A stretch of DNA of 64,000 bases from assembly GCA_018818425.1 (NCBI GenBank), contig JAHISB010000002.1, positions 2,819 through 66,818 on the forward strand, written 5' to 3'. The notes under the pieces were generated by a model. It was not told the origin of the DNA and ran no database searches. It saw only the letters and a list, made by a program, of their open reading frames with translations. Positions 1 to 9,235 of the stretch are shown here, one piece after another. Each line of letters opens with the position of its first letter. Positions within the stretch are counted from its first letter, which is position 1. The position numbers and the translations under genes are program-made. The DNA comes from Patescibacteria group bacterium. Its GTDB lineage: Bacteria > Patescibacteriota > Patescibacteriia > UBA1558 > UBA10009.

Positions 1-2
1 CG

Positions 3-599
3 CTTGAGGATTATCTTGAAATTAAAGAAAATAACATTGCCCTGCCCGATTTTGGAGTAATGGAATTAAAATCGCAGAGAATAAAGGCATCTTCAATGCT
101 AACCTTATTTACTAAAAGTCCAGATGGGATTACCAATGCTGAAATTAGGGAACGATTTGGTTATCCAGATCCTGAATACCCAAAATTGAAAATAATTCAT
201 CAAACTATTAATAATGGCAAAGACAATGCTATGGGCTTTCATTTCACCATAGATGAAAATAGCGATATGCTTTTAATCGCTAAGGGTGGTGAAACTTTTG
301 GTTATTATAGTCTTGATTTTTTAAAACAGAAAGCAGTTGAGAAAATTGGCAATGGTTTAATCCTTGTTTTAGCTGAAACAAAAAAACAAAAAGGTCACGA
401 ATTTTTTTATTATAAGGAAGCTTATATTCTTAAAGATATTGATCCTAAGAAATTTTTAGCACATTCAAAATATGATATTAGATTAGGAATTTACCATAGT
501 GGCAAGCTTGCTGGCACGCTTCATGACCATGGTTCAGCCTTTCGTATTACTCAAAAATCAATCCCTGATTTTTTTAGAATTAAAAGGAAAATACTTTAA
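3..599 (+). CDS. MvaI/BcnI-family type II restriction endonuclease (5'-truncated by window edge)
   Basis: The frame is open from position 3 (LEDYLEIKENNIALPDFGVMELKSQR...LTLFTKSP) and ends in a ..HDHGSAFRI motif. Both match my recollection of the MvaI/BcnI PD-(D/E)XK family. Convergent with an m4C MTase. Confidence 0.8.
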   Translation, partial: LEDYLEIKENNIALPDFGVMELKSQRIKASSMLTLFTKSPDGITNAEIRERFGYPDPEYPKLKIIHQTINNGKDNAMGFHFTIDENSDMLLIAKGGETFGYYSLDFLKQKAVEKIGNGLILVLAETKKQKGHEFFYYKEAYILKDIDPKKFLAHSKYDIRLGIYHSGKLAGTLHDHGSAFRITQKSIPDFFRIKRKIL

Positions 600-2470
600 T
601 TCTTTCTTAAAACTACAATACTCTCTTTATTCATAGTTTCTTCCAATTCACCAGCAATATTTGTCGGTGAGTTTTTTTTAGGCATTCTTTTGCCAGGAAT
701 ATTTCTGATAATTATATCTTCACAGGCCAAACCAATATTTTCTCCTAATTCTGCGATTATAAAATCGGTAGGTATCCTTACTTGTTTTACCATGCGGTTG
801 CCGATTACTAAACAGAAGTATTTATTCTTTTTTAATATTTTATGGGCTTGTTTTAAGCATTTATTTAAGTCAACGTAGAAACTAAGTACCTCCTTAGCTC
901 TTTTATCATCCTTTTTTCTAATTTGATCTATTGTTTGGTTTAAATAATCAGAATTTAGATTGTGCTTTAATTCTTTAACAGCTTTGCCGCCTAAAAGTAT
1001 ATTATCAACTTTTGAAGCCTCACTTTGATCTTTAAAAATATCAATCCATTGCGCTGAAAGCCTGGAAAATTGTCCATAGGCCACAGTTGTTCTACTGTCG
1101 CCATATGGCGGAGAAGTTAAAATAAAGTCAATAGAATTTTCTTTAATGCCATTATCTTTAGATGAGTCGCTAAAAATAATTTTAGTCCAAGTTTTTTTAT
1201 CAACATTTTTCTCAAATTCGCCCATAGCTTTAATATTGTTTTCAGTTTTCTTTTTGAATATTTCCAGAACATTAGGATTGTATTTTTCCAATACTTCTTT
1301 TTTAATTCTTACCAATTTAAACTCGCCATTCTTTGTATTAGAAGCCAGTCGTACTGTTTCACTAAATCCAACTAAAAAGAAATTCTGAATATTTTTATTT
1401 TTAATCTCTTTTATAGCTTTTTTAATTTTTGCTAATTCAATAATAACCTTATCTTTAAACCAGAAATCAATATTTAGAAATTCAGGTTTTTTAATCTGAT
1501 TTTTTTTAATTTTTCTTATCCTATCTAGTAACTTAAAATATTCATTCTGAAGTTTTGATGATGATATTTCAGTAGTTTTTGCTTTTGCTAAAAAAATTGC
1601 CAAAGGATTAAGATCTATGCCATAAGAGTTTCTGCCTAATAATCTGCTTTCTATTAGCGCTGTACCTGACCCACAGAAAATATCGCAAATTGCATCACCC
1701 TTTTTGCTGTAATTTTGTAAAAGCCGGCGTGCCACTTGTGGGATAAACATCGCCGGATATGTATGCAAACCATGCGTATATGATTTAGTTTTTTCACCGC
1801 GAAAATCCCATGAGTAGTCAATTCTGCGAGTGTATTTTTCATTGCTTGTTTTATCCTCTTCAATGTCTTTTTCTATATTTCTAATAATTTTCACCACAAC
1901 GCCCCTTACTTCAACTTCTTTTCTGTAAAAAGGAAACAAGGTAGGATTTGCCGGCTGTAGCCGAAATCTATCTTTTTCACGATATAATTTTTTTAAGGTG
2001 GCTTCATTATCATCAATTATAGCTACAACCATTTCACCATTATCAGCTGTCACTTGTTTTTTTAAAACAACAATATCACCATCAAAAATACCTTCATCAA
2101 TCATGCTGTTACCTTGGACTCTTAAAGCGTAGTGGTTGTGATAATTATGAAAATTATCTTTAGTTATGGTTATGGTTTCGTCTGGCGCTTCCACTGCTTC
2201 TATGGGCTGTCCGGCGGCAATAGTGCCAATTAGGGGAATTTCTATAGTATTATTTTGGTTTGTTTTTAGCTCTAAACCTCGTGATAGATGCTCATTTTTA
2301 ACCAAAAACCCTTTATCTATCAAAGCGTCAATATGCTGATATACCCCAGATAGGGCCTTCAGCTTAAAATACCTCTTTATTTCTTCAAAAGTAGGGGAGA
2401 TACCTTTCTTATTTATGTATTTTTTGATGTAATCGTAGATTTCCTTCTGTTTTTTAGTTAGGGTTGGCAT
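596..2470 (-). CDS. LexA repressor fused to an alpha-class N4-cytosine DNA methyltransferase
   Basis: aa 1-200: LexA wHTH (LTKKQKEIYDYI..SPTFEEI), Ala-Gly cleavage site (IAAG), catalytic Ser (GNSM) and Lys (ATLKK). aa ~215-624: HTYPA, motif I DIFCGSGT, then motif IV TSPPY. One continuous ORF. Confidence 0.88.
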   Translation of the reverse strand: MPTLTKKQKEIYDYIKKYINKKGISPTFEEIKRYFKLKALSGVYQHIDALIDKGFLVKNEHLSRGLELKTNQNNTIEIPLIGTIAAGQPIEAVEAPDETITITKDNFHNYHNHYALRVQGNSMIDEGIFDGDIVVLKKQVTADNGEMVVAIIDDNEATLKKLYREKDRFRLQPANPTLFPFYRKEVEVRGVVVKIIRNIEKDIEEDKTSNEKYTRRIDYSWDFRGEKTKSYTHGLHTYPAMFIPQVARRLLQNYSKKGDAICDIFCGSGTALIESRLLGRNSYGIDLNPLAIFLAKAKTTEISSSKLQNEYFKLLDRIRKIKKNQIKKPEFLNIDFWFKDKVIIELAKIKKAIKEIKNKNIQNFFLVGFSETVRLASNTKNGEFKLVRIKKEVLEKYNPNVLEIFKKKTENNIKAMGEFEKNVDKKTWTKIIFSDSSKDNGIKENSIDFILTSPPYGDSRTTVAYGQFSRLSAQWIDIFKDQSEASKVDNILLGGKAVKELKHNLNSDYLNQTIDQIRKKDDKRAKEVLSFYVDLNKCLKQAHKILKKNKYFCLVIGNRMVKQVRIPTDFIIAELGENIGLACEDIIIRNIPGKRMPKKNSPTNIAGELEETMNKESIVVLRKN

Positions 2471-2547
2471 AAATGATTTGACTTATTCTTTAAATAATTT
2501 ATACTACTTATCAGTATACCGAAAATTTACTGAATTTTAAATAGGGG

Positions 2548-2556
2548 TTATCCACA
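2548..2556 (+). promoter_or_regulatory. Perfect DnaA box (TTATCCACA) in the divergent lexA-MTase/HEPN-like spacer
   Basis: Exact 9-mer consensus. A single copy could be chance. Confidence 0.3.
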
Positions 2557-2623
2557 TTTAATAATCAAAATGATAGCAAAAATTTATGTCGGGAATATCA
2601 AATAGAGAGAGATTGAAAAAAAT

Positions 2624-3130
2624 ATGAATAAGAAATCATCGTCCAATGCTAAAAAAATACGAACAGCAAGACTTTCAGTATCTGTTGCAATTCAAGAAGC
2701 TCTAGAAGTTGGCAAAATATTAAAAAAACTTGGAGAAATTTTTGATACTCATCATGAAACTAATCTTAGTAAAATTAAGAATTGTAAAGCTCCTAGCAGT
2801 GAAATAAATATTTGTTTATCCGGCTATGAGCTTGGCCGAATTAATGGAGCTTTGCGTGATTATATAACACTAAGAATAGCAAATATTGTTGATTCACATC
2901 CGGCTTCTTTATCGTTAAAGGCATTTGATAATATAAATTTAGATAGTATTAGTAAGATTCCGCAAATAAAACAAATTTTGGATGCTAGAAATAATTGGAT
3001 CGGACATATTAATCCTAGATTTATTGGACCTGTTAATAAAGATATTTTGTACAGTAAGGAAGTTGTTAGTTTGCTTGAAACTCTTCAAATGTTAATATGT
3101 ACAGGTGCTATAAAGGAAAGAAAGAAGTAA
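2624..3130 (+). CDS. Hypothetical helical protein, possible HEPN (AbiU2-like) RNase
   Basis: AT-rich 168-aa ORF with an R-x5-H motif (ARNNWIGH) near the C-terminus, in a defence-gene context. Confidence 0.45.
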   Translation: MNKKSSSNAKKIRTARLSVSVAIQEALEVGKILKKLGEIFDTHHETNLSKIKNCKAPSSEINICLSGYELGRINGALRDYITLRIANIVDSHPASLSLKAFDNINLDSISKIPQIKQILDARNNWIGHINPRFIGPVNKDILYSKEVVSLLETLQMLICTGAIKERKK

Positions 3131-3193
3131 AAAATTTGCCGTTTTTGGAAATCTGTTTAGATTTCTTCGTATAACCTCTGCCAAAAAAACGCA

Positions 3194-3222
3194 TTGACAT
3201 TATCAATTAATTGAAGTAATCT
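3194..3222 (+). promoter_or_regulatory. Sigma70-type promoter of the hicB-like gene with a palindromic operator candidate
   Basis: TTGACA-N17-TAATCT; the spacer holds the perfect palindrome TCAATTAATTGA (3203-3214). Confidence 0.5.
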
Positions 3223-3241
3223 AAAATAGATAAGCAATATT

Positions 3242-3436
3242 ATGAAGTTATTAATTAATCTACAATACGATTTTGAATACCAGGGCTATGTTGCTGATTG
3301 CCTTTCTTTGCCAGGATGTATGTCTCAAGGGAAAACCGGAAACGAGGCCTTGAAAAATATCAAGGAAGCCATTAGCGGCTATGTAAAAGTTCTCAAGAAG
3401 AATCATCAAACTGCCCCTCCCATGGTTACAGATTGA
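3242..3436 (+). CDS. HicB-family antitoxin-like protein (short, no adjacent HicA)
   Basis: GYVADCLSLPGCMSQGKTGNEALKNIKEAI matches the HicB/UPF0150 signature. Confidence 0.8.
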   Translation: MKLLINLQYDFEYQGYVADCLSLPGCMSQGKTGNEALKNIKEAISGYVKVLKKNHQTAPPMVTD

Positions 3437-3544
3437 GAGTAAAATAAAAATCAGGCATTATTGCCTATTTTTTGTTTATTTGCCTTTTGAATAAAAAAAT
3501 GATAAGGTGAAGTCAAAATTAATAATCTAATTAATCTCAAATCT

Positions 3545-4237
3545 ATGCAAGGTAAAATTCAAATTGTAGGAGGATTTATTATTGTTTTTCTGTTAGGGTT
3601 AGTTTTGGGAGGGGCAGCCGGCTTTTATTTTCAAGACAGCAGTCAAAAGTCAGCCGGCAATCAGAAAAGCGAGGTTATAGCGGAATCAGCGGCAGAAAAC
3701 AGCGCCCAATCTGTTTTGCCACAAGAAATTATCGCCAAGCAGCAGCCGGCCGTTACTACTGCCACCACTACGGAAAATATTTTGGCCAACGATTATTTTG
3801 CTTTACAGTATCCTCTGGAATGGGAGCAATCGCAGGCGCCCGAAGGCATTTCCGCCATTATTGTGAACAACCAGGAAGAAATTACCAACCCCGAAGCCCA
3901 AAAAATAAATTTCCGCACTTATTTTTCGGTTATTTACGATTCTCTGCAGGGCAGGGGGCTGGAAGATTTTGTTAATAACTATAAGGCAGAAATCACAAGA
4001 GCTTTTCCCGACGCTTCTTTTGTCAGCGAGGTAGTAAATCAGGTTAATAATCAGCCAGCTTATTTTTTAGAAGTCCAGCTAGACGACCATGATCTGTCTT
4101 TAAAAGTTTTCTTTGCTTTAATCCAGGGTCAGGAAGACGATATGTGGATTCTGACTTTTAACACCCAGGAGAGCAATTGGAGCTTATATCAAGAAATTTT
4201 TTCCCAGATTGTCAATTCTTTTGAGCTAAAAGGCTGA
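3545..4237 (+). CDS. Membrane-anchored PsbP-like domain protein
   Basis: N-terminal TM helix, low-complexity linker, F-x-L-x-YPxxW motif and C-terminal IF.QIVNSFEL. Confidence 0.6.
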   Translation: MQGKIQIVGGFIIVFLLGLVLGGAAGFYFQDSSQKSAGNQKSEVIAESAAENSAQSVLPQEIIAKQQPAVTTATTTENILANDYFALQYPLEWEQSQAPEGISAIIVNNQEEITNPEAQKINFRTYFSVIYDSLQGRGLEDFVNNYKAEITRAFPDASFVSEVVNQVNNQPAYFLEVQLDDHDLSLKVFFALIQGQEDDMWILTFNTQESNWSLYQEIFSQIVNSFELKG

Positions 4238-4244
4238 TAGCTTT

Positions 4245-4994
4245 ATGTTATACCAGAGAACTAGAAATAAATTTGATCCCCAATCCAAACAGCCCTTTAA
4301 ACTGTCGCGCAGCAAGCTGGAGTTGTTTTTGGAATGCCCCAGATGTTTTTATTTAGATAGAAGACTAGGTGTAAATAAACCGCCTGGCTTTCCTTTTACG
4401 TTAAACAGCGCAGTTGATGCCTTGCTTAAAAAAGAATTTGATATTCACCGCGCTAAAGGCCAGCCCCATCCTTTAATGAAGCATTATAAAATTAAAGCGG
4501 TGCCGTTTACTCATGACGACTTAAATAAATGGCGGGAGAATTTTGTGGGCGTCCAGCACCATCATCTTAAAACCAATTTAATTATTTTTGGCGCGATTGA
4601 CGATGTTTGGATAAATGATAAAGATGAATTGATGGTGGTGGATTATAAAGCAACCAGCACCAGCAGTAGCATATCGTTAGATGACGAGTATCGGCAGGTT
4701 TTTAAGAGGCAGATGGAAATTTACCAGTGGCTGCTGCGCCGGAATAATCATCAGGTTTCTGATACTGGCTATTTTGTTTACTGCAACGGCCGCCGGGATA
4801 AACAAGCTTTCGACAGTAAGCTGGAGTTTGATGTGGAAATTATCTCTTACCAAGGCAGCGATAAGTGGGTGGAACAGACAATTCTTGATGCCCATGCTTG
4901 CTTAAAGTCAGATGACCTGCCAGAACCGGATGCAGATTGTGATTATTGCAATTACCGCCGGGCCGTCAAGGAGGTTATCAAAAATTTTAAATAG
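4245..4994 (+). CDS. PD-(D/E)XK nuclease-family protein (AddB/Cas4-like, Fe-S cysteines)
   Basis: LSRSKLELFLECPRCFY, GAIDD, VVDYKAT, QMEIY and C-terminal CDYC. Confidence 0.8.
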   Translation: MLYQRTRNKFDPQSKQPFKLSRSKLELFLECPRCFYLDRRLGVNKPPGFPFTLNSAVDALLKKEFDIHRAKGQPHPLMKHYKIKAVPFTHDDLNKWRENFVGVQHHHLKTNLIIFGAIDDVWINDKDELMVVDYKATSTSSSISLDDEYRQVFKRQMEIYQWLLRRNNHQVSDTGYFVYCNGRRDKQAFDSKLEFDVEIISYQGSDKWVEQTILDAHACLKSDDLPEPDADCDYCNYRRAVKEVIKNFK

Positions 4995-4996
4995 TT

Positions 4997-6352
4997 ATGA
5001 ATTTAAGCTCCAGCAAAAAAACCATTCTTTACGATCAAAACGCCATTTATTACGGCTTCTCTATAGAAAAACTGATGGAAAGGGCGGGCCAGGGCATTGC
5101 TAAAATCATTTTAAAAAAATATGGCCGCCATAAAAAAATTGGCTTTTTTTGCGGCCCGGGCAATAACGGCGGCGACGGCTTTGCGGCTGCCAGGCATTTG
5201 TCAGCCAGCTGCCGGCCGGAGGTTTATTTAATTCCTTCAGCCGAAAAAATCAGAACCAAGGAGTCACAAAAAAATTGGAAATTGTTCAAGGGTCAAAAAC
5301 AGGATAATGTTAAAGCCAAAGATATTCCTGATAATTTTGATGCGGTTGTTGAGTGTTTGTTCGGCGCCGGCCTTTCCGGAAAGGTTAAAGAACCCTATGC
5401 CTTGGTCATCAAAAAATTGAATCAGCTTAAAGGCAAAAAAGTAACTATAGATCTGCCGGCGCCCGGCTTTAAGCCCCAGCTCTGCATCTCTTTAATGTTC
5501 CCTAAAAGCCCTCAAGCCGAGGCGGTGGATATTGGCTACCCTAAATGGCTGGCAGAAAAAATCGGCGTCGGCCAGATAAAAGTTTTGCATCGGCCACTGC
5601 CCGATTCTCACAAGGGCGACAACGGCAAATTATTGATAATCGGCGGCAGCAGGCAGTATCATGGCGCGCCGCTTTTAGCCGCCAAGGTTGCCAGTAAGAT
5701 TGTCGATCTGGTCTATTTTTCATCAATTCCGGAAAACAATGAATTAATTAAAAAAATGAAGTCAAAACTGTGTGAATTTATGGCTGTGCCGCGCGAGTCA
5801 GTGCTCAATCAAGCCGGCAAGGTTGATGCCGTTTTAATTGGACCGGGCTTGGGAGTCAGTCAGGAGTCAAAAGCCTTAGTCAACAATCTTTTAAAAAAAT
5901 ATCCGAAGAAAAAGTTTATTCTGGATGCAGATAGCTTAAGGGTCGTCGATAAAAAACTGCTCAACAAGAATTGTCTTGTCACCCCGCATCATCAGGAATT
6001 TAAAATATTATTCGGCCAATCAGCCTCAAAGCAATCAATCAGGCAAATGTCCAAAAAATATGGCTGCGTCATCGTCCTCAAAGGCCAAACAGATTTTGTA
6101 GCCAGTCCTCAAGAATTCAAAATTAACGAAACCGGCAATGCCGGTATGACCAAAGGCGGAACAGGCGATGTGCTGGCCGGGCTGATTGCCTCATTTGCCT
6201 GTAAAAATGATCTGTTTTTAGCTGCCTGCGCCGGGGTGTTTATCAACGGCCTGGCCGGCGATCGTTTATATAATAAAGTTGGTAATATTTATAATGCCTC
6301 CGACCTCATTAAAGAGATCCCTTTAGCCGTCAAATGGTCGCTTGACTTCTAA
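4997..6352 (+). CDS. nnr: Bifunctional NAD(P)HX epimerase/dehydratase (YjeF/Nnr)
   Basis: LMERAG, GPGNNGGDG, SHKGDNG, IGPGLG, LDAD, TPH and GGTGDVLAG motifs. Confidence 0.92.
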   Translation: MNLSSSKKTILYDQNAIYYGFSIEKLMERAGQGIAKIILKKYGRHKKIGFFCGPGNNGGDGFAAARHLSASCRPEVYLIPSAEKIRTKESQKNWKLFKGQKQDNVKAKDIPDNFDAVVECLFGAGLSGKVKEPYALVIKKLNQLKGKKVTIDLPAPGFKPQLCISLMFPKSPQAEAVDIGYPKWLAEKIGVGQIKVLHRPLPDSHKGDNGKLLIIGGSRQYHGAPLLAAKVASKIVDLVYFSSIPENNELIKKMKSKLCEFMAVPRESVLNQAGKVDAVLIGPGLGVSQESKALVNNLLKKYPKKKFILDADSLRVVDKKLLNKNCLVTPHHQEFKILFGQSASKQSIRQMSKKYGCVIVLKGQTDFVASPQEFKINETGNAGMTKGGTGDVLAGLIASFACKNDLFLAACAGVFINGLAGDRLYNKVGNIYNASDLIKEIPLAVKWSLDF

Positions 6353-6418
6353 AAAATAGGTGCTAAAATAGCCAATCGTTCATTGAAATAGTCAATCATC
6401 AAGAAAATAGAGGAGGGC

Positions 6419-6817
6419 ATGGTGTCAACAATCCTAATGCCAATACTAACAGTACTAATAGTACTGACCTTGCTCTGGAACAGCTTGCGCTACAGCTATT
6501 ATCTGCTGGCCGTTGAGGGAAATGAGTTAATAGTGAAACGGCATAAGAAAACTTTGTATGTAATCTGGCTGCCTTATTTGTTGTTGCTGTTTCTGATAAT
6601 CCCTGGTTTTCCAGACCTGGCAAAGCACTTAACCAACGCTATTTTGTTCATTGGTTTAATTGTGGTGATGATATATAATGTCGTCCGTAAAATTGACAGC
6701 CAGAGAGAATCCAGAAACAAGAACATCATCTGGAAATTTAAAGTGGCTTATTGCCTGGCTTTAACTTTAGCATGGTTTGCTTTGAAAGTTATCAATTATT
6801 TCCAAATCAAAAACTGA
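6419..6817 (+). CDS. Hypothetical membrane protein (about 4 TM)
   Basis: ORF preceded by AGGAGGG SD; hydrophobic segments. Confidence 0.6.
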   Translation: MVSTILMPILTVLIVLTLLWNSLRYSYYLLAVEGNELIVKRHKKTLYVIWLPYLLLLFLIIPGFPDLAKHLTNAILFIGLIVVMIYNVVRKIDSQRESRNKNIIWKFKVAYCLALTLAWFALKVINYFQIKN

Positions 6818-6839
6818 AAGGAAATAATGGGAGGTAAAG

Positions 6840-7364
6840 ATGACACCTCATTTTATGAACGGCAGGTCAGTTATCTTTGTCCGGGCGCAAAGATTCAAAG
6901 AGCAGGAGATTTCGGCCGGCGAGATGGGCACAATTGTTGGACCAGCACGTAGGAGCTGGAGAGTGTTTTTGCCGCAAAGGAACCTGTCTCTATCGGTCGG
7001 GGACTCTGAAATCGTAATACTCTCCAGGCAAGTTCAAAAAATGTTAGAAGAAATCATCAAATTTTGCGGGAAAGCTTCAAGGACGCTTTCTAACGAGGAA
7101 CTGGTAATAATTGTTCAGCTCTTGGAAGCTGCTTATAATTCCCCTAAAGAAGATGGCATTGTTTTTACCGAGGGAATACCCCCAGAATTGATAGGCCTTC
7201 TCTTAAAAGTAAGGTTGAGAAGCGGTAAGATGCTTTGTAGGCCTGTTCGTTCGAGGAGAAAAAGACCAGTTGATAGTTTGATATTCCCAATTTTTATAGA
7301 GGGAAAAAATTTTCTGTTTGATCCATCAATTCTGGAACAGGATGAGATTGACGGGGAATATTAA
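6840..7364 (+). CDS. Hypothetical protein
   Basis: ORF preceded by GGAGGT SD and followed by a terminator. Confidence 0.55.
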   Translation: MTPHFMNGRSVIFVRAQRFKEQEISAGEMGTIVGPARRSWRVFLPQRNLSLSVGDSEIVILSRQVQKMLEEIIKFCGKASRTLSNEELVIIVQLLEAAYNSPKEDGIVFTEGIPPELIGLLLKVRLRSGKMLCRPVRSRRKRPVDSLIFPIFIEGKNFLFDPSILEQDEIDGEY

Positions 7365-7368
7365 TGCG

Positions 7369-7394
7369 GCGTCTCTTTAAAGGGGCGCTTTTTT
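7369..7394 (+). terminator. Intrinsic terminator
   Basis: GCGTCTCT-TTAA-AGGGGCGC hairpin (with G-U pairs) followed by a T-tract. Confidence 0.6.
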
Positions 7395-7523
7395 ATATAT
7401 TGCCAATGGCGCATACCGCGTGTCGTTCGTCAAAATCTCCAAAACTCAATGGAGACCCTGTCTTTACTTCTTTTTAAATGCTATACTTAAAATAGAGTTA
7501 TCAACAATTAACCTATTTTGTCT

Positions 7524-7730
7524 ATGAAAAAAACATGTTGGTGCGGGGCTATTGCCTCGATTTTAATCATTGTTTTTACGTGGTTTTGGATCCCCAGCTG
7601 GGCTAGTATTGCCGTAACAGTGCTGGCTATTATCCTTTTGTTAGGAAGCTTATTCGGCTGCCAGTGCGGCAAAAAATGTTGTGTTAAGAATTCTGACGGA
7701 ACACCATCTCAAGCGCCCCCGGCCGCTTAA
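7524..7730 (+). CDS. Small 2-TM, Cys-rich membrane protein
   Basis: ATG at 7524; two hydrophobic helices and a CQCGKKCC tail. Confidence 0.6.
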   Translation: MKKTCWCGAIASILIIVFTWFWIPSWASIAVTVLAIILLLGSLFGCQCGKKCCVKNSDGTPSQAPPAA

Positions 7731-7808
7731 TTTTTTTTGGAAATAAATCCCTGTTCTAAAGTAGGAGCGGGGCTTTATTTTTGGCTAAAAATAAATTATA
7801 ATTTAACT

Positions 7809-9158
7809 ATGGCTAGTCAATCCAAGAACAAAAAAATTTGGCTGGTGACTGTGGATATGGGTTATGGTCATCAGCGGGCTACTTATCCTTTAAAGCACTT
7901 AGCTTACCGGGGATTAATCAGCGCCAATAACTATCAGGGTATTCCGTCTAAAGACAGGAAAGTTTGGCACGAACAGCGGAAATTTTACGAAGCGGTCTGC
8001 CGGTTTAAAAAAGTTCCGCTGGTCGGCAATTTAGCTTTTGAAGTTTTTGATCTTTTTCAGAGGATCCCTGAATTTTATCCCAAAAGAGATCTTTCGGGCA
8101 AAAGCATCCAGGTAATTTCTTCATTTAGATTAATTAAAGAAAAAAGCTTAGGCGAGCATTTAATTAATTTATTAAAAAAGAGGCCTCAATATCCATTGCT
8201 GACTTCATTTTTTTTAACTGCCTTTATGGCAGAAATTTTTAATTATCCCGGCGAAATTTATTGCATTATTTGCGATGCCGATATCAGCCGGGCCTGGGTT
8301 TCGGCCCTGCCTAAAAACAGCAAAATTAAATATTTTGCCCCCTGCCAGCGAGTGGTGGAAAGACTAAAACTTTACGGCGTGGCCGAAGACAGAATATTTT
8401 TAACCGGCTTTCCTCTGCCCAAAGAAAATATTGGCTCGGAACGGCTGCCCGTTCTTAAACAGGATTTAAAAAACAGGTTGGTTAATTTAGACCCCCAACG
8501 TTTATATTTGTCTAAGTATAAAGATACCCTTTGCAAGAATTTGTCTATTAAAAACTTTCCTAAAAAAGCTAATCATCCTTTAACCATAACTTTTGCGGTA
8601 GGCGGCGCCGGCGCTCAAAGAGAAATTGGCGCCCAGATTATTAAAGGTTTAAGTCAGGTGATTATTAAAAAACAAATAAGAATCAATCTCATTGCCGGCG
8701 TTCATCGCGATGTTAATAAATATTTTAAAGAGCAGATTCAAAAATTAAAGCTCCAAAGCCATTTAAATAAAGAAATCAGGATTTTATTCACTCAAAGTAA
8801 AATGGAATATTTTCAAAAGTTTAATGAGTGGCTAAGGACAACGGATATTTTATGGACCAAGCCGTCGGAACTTTCTTTTTACAGCGGTTTAGGCCTGCCT
8901 ATTGTGATGTCGCCGCCGATTGGCTCTCAAGAAGATTTTAATCGTAAATATTTAATTAATTTGGGCGCCGGCTTAGACCAGGAAGACCTAAAATATGTAG
9001 ATGAGTGGCTTTTTGATTGGATAAATTCCGGCCGCCTAGCCGAAGCTGCGGCCCAAGGTTTTTTGGAAGCCCCAAAGCTGGGAACGTTTAACATCGAAAA
9101 AATTTTGACTAAACGGACCATTAAAACCCGGGGAGTCAAGACGATTTCGCCGTATTAG
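7809..9158 (+). CDS. GT-B fold glycosyltransferase-like protein (MGDG-synthase-like)
   Basis: VDMGYGHQRA, TGFPLP and DILWTKPSELSFY..LGLP motifs. ATG 7809 lies 6 nt after TATAAT. Confidence 0.65.
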   Translation: MASQSKNKKIWLVTVDMGYGHQRATYPLKHLAYRGLISANNYQGIPSKDRKVWHEQRKFYEAVCRFKKVPLVGNLAFEVFDLFQRIPEFYPKRDLSGKSIQVISSFRLIKEKSLGEHLINLLKKRPQYPLLTSFFLTAFMAEIFNYPGEIYCIICDADISRAWVSALPKNSKIKYFAPCQRVVERLKLYGVAEDRIFLTGFPLPKENIGSERLPVLKQDLKNRLVNLDPQRLYLSKYKDTLCKNLSIKNFPKKANHPLTITFAVGGAGAQREIGAQIIKGLSQVIIKKQIRINLIAGVHRDVNKYFKEQIQKLKLQSHLNKEIRILFTQSKMEYFQKFNEWLRTTDILWTKPSELSFYSGLGLPIVMSPPIGSQEDFNRKYLINLGAGLDQEDLKYVDEWLFDWINSGRLAEAAAQGFLEAPKLGTFNIEKILTKRTIKTRGVKTISPY

Positions 9159-9235
9159 TCGTGCCAGCCAAATGCTGGTCAGCCTCTGGCTGATATCGTG
9201 TTTAGATTAATAGTAAAGTTACAAGATATAAGATT

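Noticed and set aside
2548-2556. Replication origin
   Set aside because: Only one perfect DnaA box, with no cluster and no dnaA/dnaN nearby.
4245-4994. cas4 of a CRISPR-Cas locus
   Set aside because: No cas1/cas2 or array nearby; it fits a solo PD-(D/E)XK nuclease.
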